DNA of 64,000 nt, taken from positions 8,122,001 to 8,186,000 of the forward strand of contig JANJGN010000020.1 of NCBI GenBank assembly GCA_026770705.1, given 5' to 3'. Source of the DNA: Isurus oxyrinchus. Taxonomy: Eukaryota. The position numbers were made by a program, and so were the translations under genes. Under the pieces are notes generated by a model. It saw nothing but the letters and a program-made list of their open reading frames with translations, was not told where the DNA came from and ran no database searches. Positions 26,858-38,821 of this stretch are shown piece after piece; position 1 is the first letter of the stretch; every line of letters begins with the position of its first letter.

Positions 26858-27423
26858 GTAAGTATCTTCTCAAACTATTTTGGTGGTTTGAGAACGCAAG
26901 TGTGTAAAGAGTATTTAAAAGTTCCATCATTCCACACAAAGAGGAATGGTGGCTAGCAAACTCAGCAGAGGGTGGGTGAAAGTATCTTTTAGATTTAGGC
27001 AAGGGGTGTTGAATGTATAGGATGGGCTGCCAAGAGAGGCAGAAGGACTGTGAGCTGGGTGAGTATTTGGAGAAGGATCTAATGGGAGCGATAATGTGGG
27101 ATGTGACAATTTCTAGATTCTGGTAACTGGCTATGGCCCTGTATATTCCCAAGCTGCTGTGTTCTATGTTCCCGATACTTTATTGGAAAAAAAAATCTTC
27201 CAATCCTAGTTGCGAAAATAATCTCATTTCCATGATGGGGATTGAGCAATAGATTGTTTCGGACTTCAGTTAAACCTCCAGCTGCCCTATGAGGAGAGAA
27301 GACAGGGAGCTGGGATTATTCTAGCTATCATTTTAAGAAAATTTACTCTCCTCTTATACTTCGAACCAAGCATGTGTAATGCTGGCTGCTAACTCCTGAT
27401 TCCGTGCATCGTTTGATTTGCAG

Positions 27424-27543
27424 CATTAATCCCATCACTGGTCATGTTGAAGATCCGATGCCCAATCCAATGGATGGAATGACCGAGGAACAGAAAGAGT
27501 ATGAAGCAATGAAACTCGTCAATATGTTTGACAAGCTGTCCAG
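27424..27543 (+). CDS. RIC8B: RIC8B coding exon (120 bp, equivalent to exon 9)
   Basis: tttgcag|C...AG|gtattc; (F)[39 protein letters not shown](R). Confidence 0.95.
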
Positions 27544-28059
27544 GTATTCCTGTCATTGCTACTTATAACAAGACAGTAAAACTGTTAATGGTTGAGTAGT
27601 TTGGTCAAGAAATAATTCCTCACTTTCCAGTATTCAGGCATGTTTGTCAGGCTTTATGTTGCTGCTAAGATTTTGTCCTGTTTTATGTTCTCCTCTACCT
27701 TTCACATTCACAGTCTGTGTATACTGCAGCGTATTTGGCCTTTTTTCCTGAGATTACTAAGACTGGTATGATGTTATTAGTAAAGGCAGCAGGTTCTCCT
27801 TTAAATCCATGTTATTGTCTTTAGTGTCTTTTTCCCCACTCGATACAAGTCCAGTCTGACTGTGGATGTGGGGAGGGGAGATTGAGCTATGCTCTACAGG
27901 AAGTGAGGTCTTCCACTTGGCTTAATATGCGGCTTTCTGAGAACGTGTGTGAACCAATAATTATAAAATTCCCTTTGCCTCTACTGGGAGGGAGCATTCA
28001 AGGATCAGTGAATCCCGGAGCTGCAGGGACCCATCCTTGAGCAGGGGTAATGTATTGCA

Positions 28060-29100
28060 AGGGGCAAACTCTCCGCTGGTTGAAGTCATACCTAGCACAA
28101 AGGAAGATGGTTGTGGTTGTTGGAGGTCAGTCATCTCAGCTCCAGGACATCACTGCAGGAGTTCCTCAGGGTTAGTGTCCTCAGCCCAACCATCTTCAGC
28201 TGCTTCATCAATGACCTTTCTTCCATCATAAGGTCAGAAGTGGGGATGTTCGCTGATGACTGTGCAACGTTCAGTACCATTTGTGACTCCTCAGATACTG
28301 AAGCAGTCCATGTCCATATGGAGCAAGAACTGGATGATATTCAGGCTTGGACTGGTAATAGCAAGTAACATTCGTGCCACATAAATGCCAGAATCATTAT
28401 TCTCCAACAAGAGAGACTCCAGCCATCTCCCCTTGACATTCAATGGTATTATCATCGCTGAATCCCCCCACTATGAACTTCCTTGGGGTTACTATGGACC
28501 AGAAACTGAACTGGATCAGCCATGTAAGAGAGCTGGTCTGAGGCTGGGAACTCTGCAGAGAGGAACTCACCTCCTGACTCCCAAAAGTCCGTCCACCATC
28601 TACAAGGCTCAAGTCAGGAGTGTGATTGAATAAACTCCACTTGCCTGGATGAGTGCAGCTCCAACAACACTCAAGCTTGACACCGTCCAGGTCAGAGCAG
28701 CCTATTTGGCACTCCATTCACCACCTTCAACATCCACTCCCTCCACTACGGACACACAGTGGCAGCAGTGTGTACCATCTACAAGATGTACTGCAGCAAC
28801 TCTCAAAGTTCCTTCAGCAGTACCTTCCAAACCTGCAATCTCTACCACCTAGAAGGACAAGGGCAGAAGATGCATGGGAACACCACCACCTGCAAGTTCC
28901 CATCCATGTCACACGTCATCTTGACTTGGAAATATATTAGGGCTACCTCACAGTCACTGGGTCAAATTCCTGGAACTCCTTTCCAAACAGCACTGGGTAT
29001 TCTTACGAGACTCGGACTGCAGCGGTTCAAGAAGGCAGGGAAATTTGGGGTGGGCAATCAGTGCTGGCCTAGCCAGTAACGCCCACACCCCATAGACAAA
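28060..29100 (+). mobile_element. Family B LINE 3' fragment
   Basis: PTIFSCFINDL, VGMFADDC, STIYKAQVRSVIE; family tail. Confidence 0.85.
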
Positions 29101-29563
29101 TATCAAAGTCATAAAACTTGCATTTGTATAGCGCCATTAACACAGTAAAACATCTCAAGGCCTTTAATCATTTTCAGAGCTCTGATTTATCCATGTGGCC
29201 CTGTCAAGTTGGCGACAGAACACCAGCTACTCTGGAACAGAGCAGTGTTTTGTATAACACCAGCTACTCTGAAACAGAGCAGGGTTTCACATAACATGCC
29301 ATTGATCAAATGTTCAGGAAAGGCAAAATTAGAGTGATCAGCAGAGGAAAGGAAAGAAGATGGGGGGCTCGGAGCTTGTTCTTGGTGCTTCCTCAACCAC
29401 TCGAGCAGTCGGAGTAACCAAAAAAGGGAGACAGCAACAGAGATGCAGGAAGGGGTTACATTTTGGTAGCCCTTCTCACTTTTGTGTATCAAGTGTATTA
29501 CTTTCTGGAAAGCAGACGCTGTCCTAATGTAATTAGAGGAAAGTTATGAGAGACACGGAGGGC

Positions 29564-29586
29564 CAGAGAGAGAGAGAGAGAGAGAG
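29564..29586 (+). repeat. (AG)n microsatellite
   Basis: Direct inspection. Confidence 0.9.
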
Positions 29587-30764
29587 GGGGAGGGCTATGA
29601 GTGACAGAGACCTGAGAAGGAACAGAATGACAGACATGAGAAAGCCAGCACAGGCTTGACAGGCCAGATGGCCTCCTCCTGGTGCTGTAACCATTCTATG
29701 AGACGGGAAGACAGGAGAGAGTGACTGATAGTGAGGAAGGACAACAGATGGATGGAGAGTGTGACAGAGGCAATTATTTCTTCTAATCTTTTAAAAACAC
29801 AATATTGAGATCGGTGGCAACCTGGACTGCAGTAATAAGCCAAGTGAATCCTGCACTCGTACTTGGAACACAAATAAAGAAATCAGCATATGGAGAAGGA
29901 AAATGGTCCAAATCGCATTATTTACAATCCATTTTGGGGACCTCACAAAGGCATCTGTGTCCAGAATACCCTGGAACAAGTCTGCTACCTTGGTGCCTGG
30001 TCACTGCGGTCTGGGTATGGGAAATCAAAGAGAGTCCAACTTCTTTCAGACAATCCTTTTTGGTGCAGCATTTTTAATGAGGTTTTAAATGTTGTGAGTA
30101 CATTGGGTTTTGTATTCTCTTAGTTGTATCAGAACTACTTGTGTATCGTTTTCTATTGTTATCAGAGGTCAATTTGAATTAGCAAGTTTAAATTAATAAA
30201 TTAAATTGTCAAATCACTAGTTTAATAGGATAACAAATTAATTTGAGATTAGTTTGATATTGTTGTACGAATGCACACTGCTGGATAAACATTTGAAGTA
30301 GAAAGATGCAGGACTATGGAGAGTACACTGGGCTTCGTTTTGAATTGCTCCAGCAAAGAGGCAGTATACGTACAATGGGCCAAATAGCTTCCTGGTGGAC
30401 TGTAAATTTCCAAGGTTCGTTACTGTAACTTCTGTTATTCGGTTTTTAAATTCTTATTCCAATTCCAGAATTTTCAAACTTACAAAAATAATCTATATAA
30501 AACTGCAAAAATTAAAAGTTTCATTTGACTAAATTTGGTTTTCAAGTACATTTGTAATTTGGCCCTTTTCATTCTGTCTGTTTAAGAAGAGTTCCACACT
30601 GATTTTGCCCGATTCCATTGGGCTGGTACTGCATGTACAGCTTGGCTTAGACAGAGGTAATGGGTAGAAAATGGGCGAGACCCTGTCTTAAATATGCAAA
30701 CAAGCTGTTAAGTAAGTGGAAAAATCTTGTGGGGAGACTAAAACGAGAGGCATAAGCTCTCCCT

Positions 30765-31015
30765 TCTAAAACTGAGATGAGCAGCAACCTTTTCTCTGAA
30801 AGGGTGGTTGGTGTGTGGAAACTCTCTTCCCCAGAAAGCAGTGGAGGTTGGGTCTTTGAATTTATTCAAGGCAGAGTTAGACAGATTTTTGTTGGGCAAG
30901 GCTATGGTGGGGTGCAGACAGGAAAGTGGAGCTGAGACCACAACCAGATAAGCCATGACCTTATTGAATGGTGGAGCGGGCTTGAAGGGCCGATTGGCCT
31001 ACTCCTGTTCCTATG
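30765..31015 (+). mobile_element. CR1 3' end fragment
   Basis: WKLSSPESSGG-like decayed end and the CR1 tail ggccgattggcctactcctgttcctatg. Confidence 0.7.
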
Positions 31016-33028
31016 CTTAAAAGTAAGCTAACTGAGAGCTTATTTGTGCGTTAAAACATTTAAGGATTTCTTTGCTGTTTTGCTACTTTTTAATGAGAGG
31101 TTGTCTAAATGGTTCCAAAGATTTACGTTACCCTGTTAATTTAAAACAAACATTGCCAGTAAATGCACGTATCAGTCAACATCTGTAAAATGACAGCTTA
31201 GTGTTTTGGGTGAGTACCTTTCCGTCAGAAGTCAAGCAAATTTTCCTCTTTTCTATTAGTCAAATATTACCTCTCGACTCATTGATGTAGCAAATAGGAT
31301 CAGGAGGAGCCCTTCGAGCCTGTTCTGTCTTTTAAATGAAACTGTCGCTGATCTTCAAGCTAATTCTATTACCTGCCTTTGCCCCCCCCTATCCCTTAAT
31401 ACCCTTGACTAACAAAAATCTTTCACAGTTTTAAAATTAATAATAATACATCTTCATAAAATGATTCCTTGCCAACCTATTCCTGAAGCCTGGAATCTGT
31501 GTAAATTAGCGTGGACCAATTAACTTGAGCCAGACGTTAGACAGAAACTCGCACAAAGGTTAGAGCTGAGCAGATACAGCAGAACCTGTGCTACTGTCGA
31601 CCACATTCATTAAAAGCACTGGTTTAATTAACAGATCATTCAGGCCGACAGTACAGCTTTGAGTTTCTCTTTCTTCAGAATGCATCTCACAGTTGATGCC
31701 TCGTGAAAAGGTCGGAACTATTATGTGGCACTCAATTAGAGAAAGATGAACAAGTCCCTCCGACACCAACCAAAGCGTTTTACCCGGGGAGAGCGGGGTT
31801 TTGCTTTGTTAAATTGCCAAAGGTACGAATGGTGTAATTAATTCCAGGTATTGGTACTGACAGACACACAACAGACCAGAAAGATTGTCATACAAAAGGT
31901 CTGACTCACAGTCATAATCAGGCTAAATGGCAATGCGAAGATGTAACCTGCATCAGTGAAAGGGGCTCTCAGGAGACCTGAAGCTGCAAGCAGGAATGCA
32001 AGCACCCAGTCCTTAATTGAGACCTCCTTTCCACAAAGCCACTCGGAAGATGATGTTTTATTTATAGTGAATAATTAACAAAGTGAGCTGGAATGTGATG
32101 CTGGTAGCTGTGTCAGAGGCAGGGTGTAGGGTAGGGTGCATACTCTTATTTCTCAGGACGTTGGTGTCCTTTCTCCCTTCCTTCCTAGAGCTATGGTTTA
32201 TACGTCTTTGCTACTTAAAGCTGATGCATTCACATTCAGAATCTCATAAGGCCCTTTCTGATGGCTAACTGTCTCTGTACGGATCCAGTTTGCACATATT
32301 CCCAGAGATTGTGACAGTGATAATTCATGACTCCCTCTGTATCGAACTTTACATAATTACCAAGCTTCCCAGCATCGGATTTGGGGGGTACCCCAAAGAT
32401 GCACTGGGGAATCCCTCTGGGAATTTCCCCAGCTAAGGGTTTGCATGGCAATTGCCCAGAAGTGTGCACTTCCTCTGGACAATTGTGCTGCGTTGGGTAC
32501 CTTCTGGAAATGCAATTTAATGGATGGTTCCGCCAGGGTCATACCAACAGTTAGTCAGAAAAAGTTGGAAGAATTAAAACCTTTTCTAACTTCTGAGTAA
32601 CTATTGTAAAGACCCAGACCCGTCCCATGGGACTCCCCTGAGGCCACCCCCCCACCAACCCCTGACCTCAGAAAAACTCCCGACCTTCGATTTCCCCCAC
32701 TCCCCCAGACCTCCAACCAACCTCGGACCCTCCCCCACCCTCACGAACTTCCGACCGACCCCCACCGGACCACCCACAGGCACCCCCATCCCTCCAAACC
32801 CTATCCACTTACCCCTTAGACATTTACCTTCCCCCCAGCCTGTCAATTTCCCTGTCCCTTTAAACTCACCTGCTTTATGACAGCAAGTGCCGTAACAAAG
32901 GGAGATGTAGCCTCTTTGATTTCATTGGAGCTACACTTTGCTGGGGCCTTCGAGGAGTCTGTTGATGCAGGCCCCAAGCAGCTCCGAGGTGCCAGCGTAA
33001 TTTTCAAGACCAGGTAAGTAGGTATTTA

Positions 33029-33547
33029 AAAACAAAAAAACTGCGGATGCTGGAAATCCAAAACAAAAACAGAATTACCTGGAAAAACTCAGCAGGTCTG
33101 CCAACATCGGCGGAGAAGAAAAGAGTTGACGTTTCGAGTCCTCATGACCCTTCGACAGAACTTGAGTTCGAGTCCAAGAAAATTAATTTACCTTGAGTGC
33201 CCTACCATCCATTCTTAATTAGCACATTCGTTTAGATAATATCACCAACTTTAACTTTAACACCTATGTGTTCTATTGTACCATTGTCGTTGACATCTTT
33301 TGATGATCTGCTTCTATCACTGCTTGTTTGTCCACACAACCACACCCCCCACCTCTCTCTCTCTCTCTCTCTATCTCTATCTCTCCGCCCCCCACACACA
33401 CACCTTAAACCAGCTCATATTTCAACTTTTTCTTGGACTCGAACTCAAGTTCTGTCGAAGGGTCATGAGGAGTCGAAACGTCAACTCTTTTCTTCTCCGC
33501 CGATGCTGCCAGACCTGCTGAGTTTTTCCAGGTAATTCTGTTTTTGT
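33029..33547. mobile_element. Young Penelope-derived inverted-repeat element with a 14-bp TSD
   Basis: About 120-bp near-perfect inverted arms (33062-33182 and 33427-33547); TSD TAAGTAGGTATTTA at 33015-33028 and 33548-33561. Confidence 0.85.
33124..33162 (-). ncRNA. Minimal type I hammerhead-like motif (PLE type)
   Basis: AGUU-CUGUCGA-A-GGGUC(AUGAG)GACUC-GAA-ACGU-C-AACU: stem I, core variant, 5-bp stem II, palindromic ACGU stem III and GUC site. A6 is replaced by U. Confidence 0.5.
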
Positions 33548-33634
33548 TAAGTAGGTATTTATTTCTTCTAATTCCTGCAGGCCAGCATTTTCCAACACTA
33601 AGTTACAGCCCAATAAAATTCTTAATCCAATTTC

Positions 33635-34030
33635 CAACAACAGCTTGCATTTATAGCAACTTTAATGGTGTAAAACATCCCAAGCCGCTTCACAGGAGCG
33701 TTATCAAATAAAATTTGACACTGAGACACATAAGGAGATATTAGCACAGGTGACCAAAGGTTTGGTCAAAGGGATAACTTTTAAGGAGGCTGTTAAAGTC
33801 GGAAGGAGAGGTGGAGAGTTTAAGGAAGGACAGTCTAGAGCTTAGGGTGCTGGTTGCAGAGTGATTAAAATTAAGGGTCAGTGTAATTGGCAGACAATGT
33901 GTAGATCAGCAAGCACAGGGATGATGGGTGAGTGGGACTCGGTGCAAGCTAGGACCTGGGCAGTTTTTGAAGGGCAGTAAGTAGGAGGCTGGCCAGGGTT
34001 GTGTTGGAATAGTCAAGTCTAGAGGTAAGG
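33635..34030 (-). mobile_element. L2-type LINE 3' fragment
   Basis: Reverse complement of the tail seen at 62760-62918 (ending ...tgcaagctgttgttg). Confidence 0.7.
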
Positions 34031-34679
34031 AGAAAGGTATGAAAGGCCACCTGCTTTACATTTGTTGTTAAATATCCTGTTTGCTATTTAAGTTTTAAAA
34101 TTAGTCTTACCAAGCAGCGGCCTTGCAAACAGTTTGAAAGCGATTGAGAGCAGCCTTTACGAGACCACGGGGCCTGAATGCTCAAACTCCTGGAAGTTGA
34201 GCTCAATCAGACGACCAGAATGGAGAAGCCCAAAGACAGCCCTAAAAAAGCTGTCCTCTGGCCTCATCAACGCCACTGCGGCAAGCTGCAGACGAGGCTC
34301 CCAGACCTGACCTTAGCTGGCTGGTCAGAGCCGGGACGGTATCAGATGGCTGAGAACCGCAGGTGATCTTGACAGAGTTGGTGGGGTGGTGGTGCTGTGG
34401 ATGGAGGGAGAGCTGATCGGGAGGAAGGTGAAGTTTTAAGATACAGACAACTTCTGCGGCCTCCAGTCACCACTTCAATGAACCAGGCTCAGCTGCTGTG
34501 AAGCCTGAAAAATCAGTTGAAGTCGGAACCACCTTCCAATATCCAGTTGAGGCCTATGCTCAGTTGGGAGTCCAGGTATACAAATCACTGAAAGCTAGCG
34601 CACAGGCACAAAAAGTAATCATGGAAAATCATAATGAGTGGGTGGAGTTGCATGGATTTATGAAAGGAAATTCGCGTTC

Positions 34680-35525
34680 ACAGAATCACAGAATTGTTAC
34701 AGTGCAGAAGGAGGCCATTTGGCCCATCGTGTCTGAACCAGCTCTGAGCAATTCACTTAGTGCCTTCCACCTGCTTTCTCCCCACAACCCTGCACATTGC
34801 TGCTTTTCAGATAAATCCAATTCCCTTTGGAATGCCTTGATATATCCTGCCTCCACCACACTTTCAGGCAGTGCATACCAGACCTTAACTAGTATCACAT
34901 AATTTTAACAGCGTAGGAGGAGGCCTTTTGGCTCATCGTGTCTGCACCAACTCTACAAATGAGCATTATGACCTAGTGCCATTGCCCTGACTTTTCCCCG
35001 TATCCCTGCACATTGCTTCTATTCAAATAATCATCTAATGCCCTCTTGTATGCCTCGATTGAACCTGCCTCCATCACACTTCCAGGAAGTGCATTCCAGA
35101 CCCAAACCACTTAAAAGTTATTCCCCCCATCACACTTCTTTTGCAAATCACTCTCGTTCTTGATCCTTTTATGAGCAGGAACAGCTTCTCCCTATCTACT
35201 CTGTCCAGCCCCCTCATGATTTTGAACATCTCTATCACACCTCCTTTCAGCCTTCCTCTCCCCAAGGAGAGCAGTCCCAAACTCTCCAATCCACCCTCAT
35301 AACTGAAGTTTTGTCATCGCTGGAACCATTCTTGTAAACCTCTTCTGCACTCTCTCCAACGTGTTCGCATCCTTACTATAATGTGGCGCCCAGAACTGTA
35401 CACAATACTCCAGCTCAGTCTAATGAGTGTCTTATATAAATCCAGCATTATCGCCTTGCTCTTGTACTCTATGCCCCTATTAATAAAGCCCAGGCTACTA
35501 TATGCTTTCTTAACTGTCCTGTCCA
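34680..35525 (-). mobile_element. Stacked CR1 3' fragments
   Basis: LGFINRGIEYKSK, FKIMRGLDRVDREKLF, WYALPESVVEAG; two separate 3' tails. Confidence 0.8.
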
Positions 35526-35529
35526 CCTA

Positions 35530-38017
35530 TTTATAGGCCCCCTAACAATAACCACACTATAGGATGGGGTATACAGGAAGAAATAACGGGGGCTTGTGAG
35601 AAAGGTATGGTGATAATCATGGGTGATTTTAATCTGTGTATAAATTGGACAAAACAGATTGAGTTCATATTGATTCTGGGACAGTTTCTTAGAACAGTAC
35701 TTTGTAGCATCAGCCTGAGAACAGGCTGTACTAGATCTGGTGATGTATAATGAGACAGGATTAATTAATGACCTCATAGTGAAGCTGCCCCTAGGTAGCA
35801 GTGATCATAACATGATTAAATTTCACATTCAGTTTGAGTGAGAGAGAAGTGGATCTAAGACTAGTGTTTAAAACATAAATAAGGGTAATTTTGAGGGCAT
35901 GAAGACAGCTGGGAAAGTGAACTGGAAAATTAGCTTAAGCATTAGGTCAGCACAGATGCAGTGGCAGACATTTAAGGATACATTTTCAGAATACTCAGAA
36001 AAGATGCATTCCAGTAGGAAAGATAGATTCTAAGGGAAGGAAGCATCATCCGTGGCGAACTAAGGAAGCTAAAGATGGTATCAAAATTAAAGATAAAGTG
36101 TTATAAAGAATTTACTGCAAAGATGAGTGGCAGGTCAGAAGGTTGGACAGAATATAAAGAACAGCAAAGAATGGCTAAAGATATATAAGGAGGTAGAAAT
36201 TGGGAGTACGAGAGAAAGCTAGTTAGAAATATGAAAACAGATAGTAAGAGTTTCTACAGGTGTTTAAAAGGAAAAGAGTAAAGTGAGTGTTGGTCCCCTA
36301 GAGAAAGAGAGAGTCTGGGTATTAATAATGGAATATAAGGAAATGGCAGAAGAATTGAACAGATATTTTGTGTCTCTCATCACTGTAGAGGATACAAATA
36401 ACATGCCAGAAATAATAGTGAATCAGGAGGTGAAAGGGAGCGTGGAACTTAAAACAATTACAATCACCGGGGAAAGGTGCTAAGAAAATTATTAGAACTA
36501 AAAGCTGACAAGTCCCAGTCTCTGATGGGCTTCATCCCAGGGTCTTAAAAGAAGTGGCTGATGAAATAGTAGATGAGTTGGTTTTAATTTTTCAAAATTC
36601 TTCAGATTCTGGAAAGGTCCCATCAGATTGGAGAATAATGAACACGATTCCTCAATTCAAGAAACGAGGGAGACAGAAAGGAGGAAACTGCAGGACAGTT
36701 GGCTTAACATATGTCAAAGTAAAACTGCTGGAACCTGTTATTACGGAGGTAGCAGTGGGGCACTTTGAAAATCTCAATGCAATGAAGCAGAGTCAACATG
36801 GTTTTTTGAAAGGGAAATGATGTTTGACTAATTTATTGGAGTATTTTGAGAAAGTAACAAGCAACTTGGATAAAGGAGAACCTGTGGATATGCTGTACTT
36901 GGGTTTCCAGAAGGTCTTTGACAAGGTGCCATATCAAAGGTTACTATGCAAAATAAGAGCTCATGGCATAGGGGGTAACATATTATTATGGATTGGTTAA
37001 CTAACACGGAACAGAGAGAAGGCGTAAATGGGTCATGTTTGGGTTGGCAAGATGTTGACAAGTGGAGTACCACTGGGATCCGTGCTGGGGCCTCAACTGT
37101 TTACAATTTATATCAATGACTTGTGTGAAGGGACAGAATATATGGTCGCTAAATTTGCTGATGACACAAAGATGGGTAGGAAAGTAAGTTGTGAAGAGGA
37201 CATAAGGAGTTTGCAAAGGGACACAGATTAAGTGGGCAAAAATTTGGCAGATGGAGCATAATGCGGAAAAATGTGAACTTGTTGACTGTCAGGAAGAATA
37301 GGAAAGCAACATATTTAAATGGAGAGAGATTGCAGGACTCTGAAGTGCAGAGGGATCTGGGTGTCCTATTACATGAATCACAAAAAGTTAATATGCAGAG
37401 ATAGCAAGTGATCAGGAAGGCAAATGGAATGTTGTTGTTATTGCAAAGGTAATGGAATAGAAAAATAGGGATATTTTGCTACAGTTATACAGAGCATTGG
37501 TGAGACCACACCTGGAGTACTGTGTACAGTTTTGGTCTCCTTATTTAAGAAAGGATGTAAATATGTTGGAAGCAGTTCAGAGTAGGTTCTCTCGACTGAT
37601 TCCTGGAATGAAGGGTATTGTTATGAAGAAAGGTTGGACAGACTGGGCCTGTATCCACTGAAGTTTAGAAGAATGAGATGTGATCTTATTGAAACATATA
37701 AGATCCTAAGGGATCTCAACAGGGTGGATGCTGACAGGATATTTCCACTTGTGGGAGAGACTAGAACTAGGGGACACAGTTTAAAAATAAGATCCGGGGG
37801 TGGGGCTGGGGTGCGAGTGTCTCATTTAAGACTGAGATGAGAAGAAATTTTTTCTGAGGGCTGTGAGTCTTCCCCAGAGAGCAGTGGAGGCAGGGTCAAT
37901 GAATATTTTTAAGGCTGAGGGAGACAGATTCTTGACTAACAAGGGAGTCGAAGGTTATTGGAGGTAGGCGGAATGTTGAGTTGAGGTCACTGCTGCTCCA
38001 AATCCTATGTTCGTATG
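35530..38017 (+). mobile_element. Decayed CR1 ORF2 (APE remnant and RT to the 3' tail)
   Basis: [60 protein letters not shown]. Confidence 0.88.
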
Positions 38018-38019
38018 AA

Positions 38020-38820
38020 CCTCATCTGTCTATGTCCATTTGAAGTTCTATCCTATCTTTCCTCTTCTCAGTTCACAATGCTTCCAAGTTTTGTATCATG
38101 CGCATATTTTGAAATTATGCCCTGTACACCGCAGTCTAGGCATTAATGTACATCAGGAAGAGCAAGGGTCCCAACACTGACCCCAGAGGAACTCCACTAC
38201 AAACATTCCTCCAACCTGAAAAACATCCATTAATCACGACTCTTTTTCCTGTCACTCGGCCAATTTGATATCCACGTTTCTACCGACCCTTTCATTCCCT
38301 GAACTATAACTTTTCTCACCAGTCTGTTGTGCAGCACTGTATCAAATGCCTTTTGAAGTCCATGTACACATGAATGGAATTGTCCTCCTCAACCTCACTG
38401 TTACCTCTTCAAAAATCTCAAGCAAGTGAATTAAACATGATTTTCCCTTAACGAATCCATGCTGGCTTTCCTTAATTAACCCGCATTTGTCCATGTGACT
38501 ATTAATTTTGTCCCAAATTATTGTTTCTAGAGGTTTCCCCACCACCATAGTTAAACTAAGATAAAAGCAAAATACTGCGGGTGCTGGAAATCTGAAAGAA
38601 AAAAACAGAAAATGCTGGAAAAAAACTCAGCAGGTCTAACAGTACCTGTGGAGGGAGAGAGAGTTAATGTTTCAAGTCCATATGACTCTTCTTCAGAGCT
38701 GAAAAGGTCACCTGATTGGCCTGTAGATGCTGGGCTTGTCATTACACCCTTTTTTGAACATTTCGATTTCCAGTCCTCTGGCACCACCCGAGTCTGGCCA
38801 GTGCTTATGCAATTTCCATG
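38020..38820 (-). mobile_element. CR1 RT fragment interrupted by a Penelope-derived arm (38555-38710)
   Basis: ESQHGFVKGKSCL; the inserted arm is aaaagcaaaatactgcgggtgctggaaatctg...cttcagagctg. Confidence 0.75.
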
Positions 38821-38821
38821 A

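Noticed and set aside
32601-32846. Gly-rich 81-aa ORF
   Set aside because: It is a by-product of G-rich low-complexity sequence.
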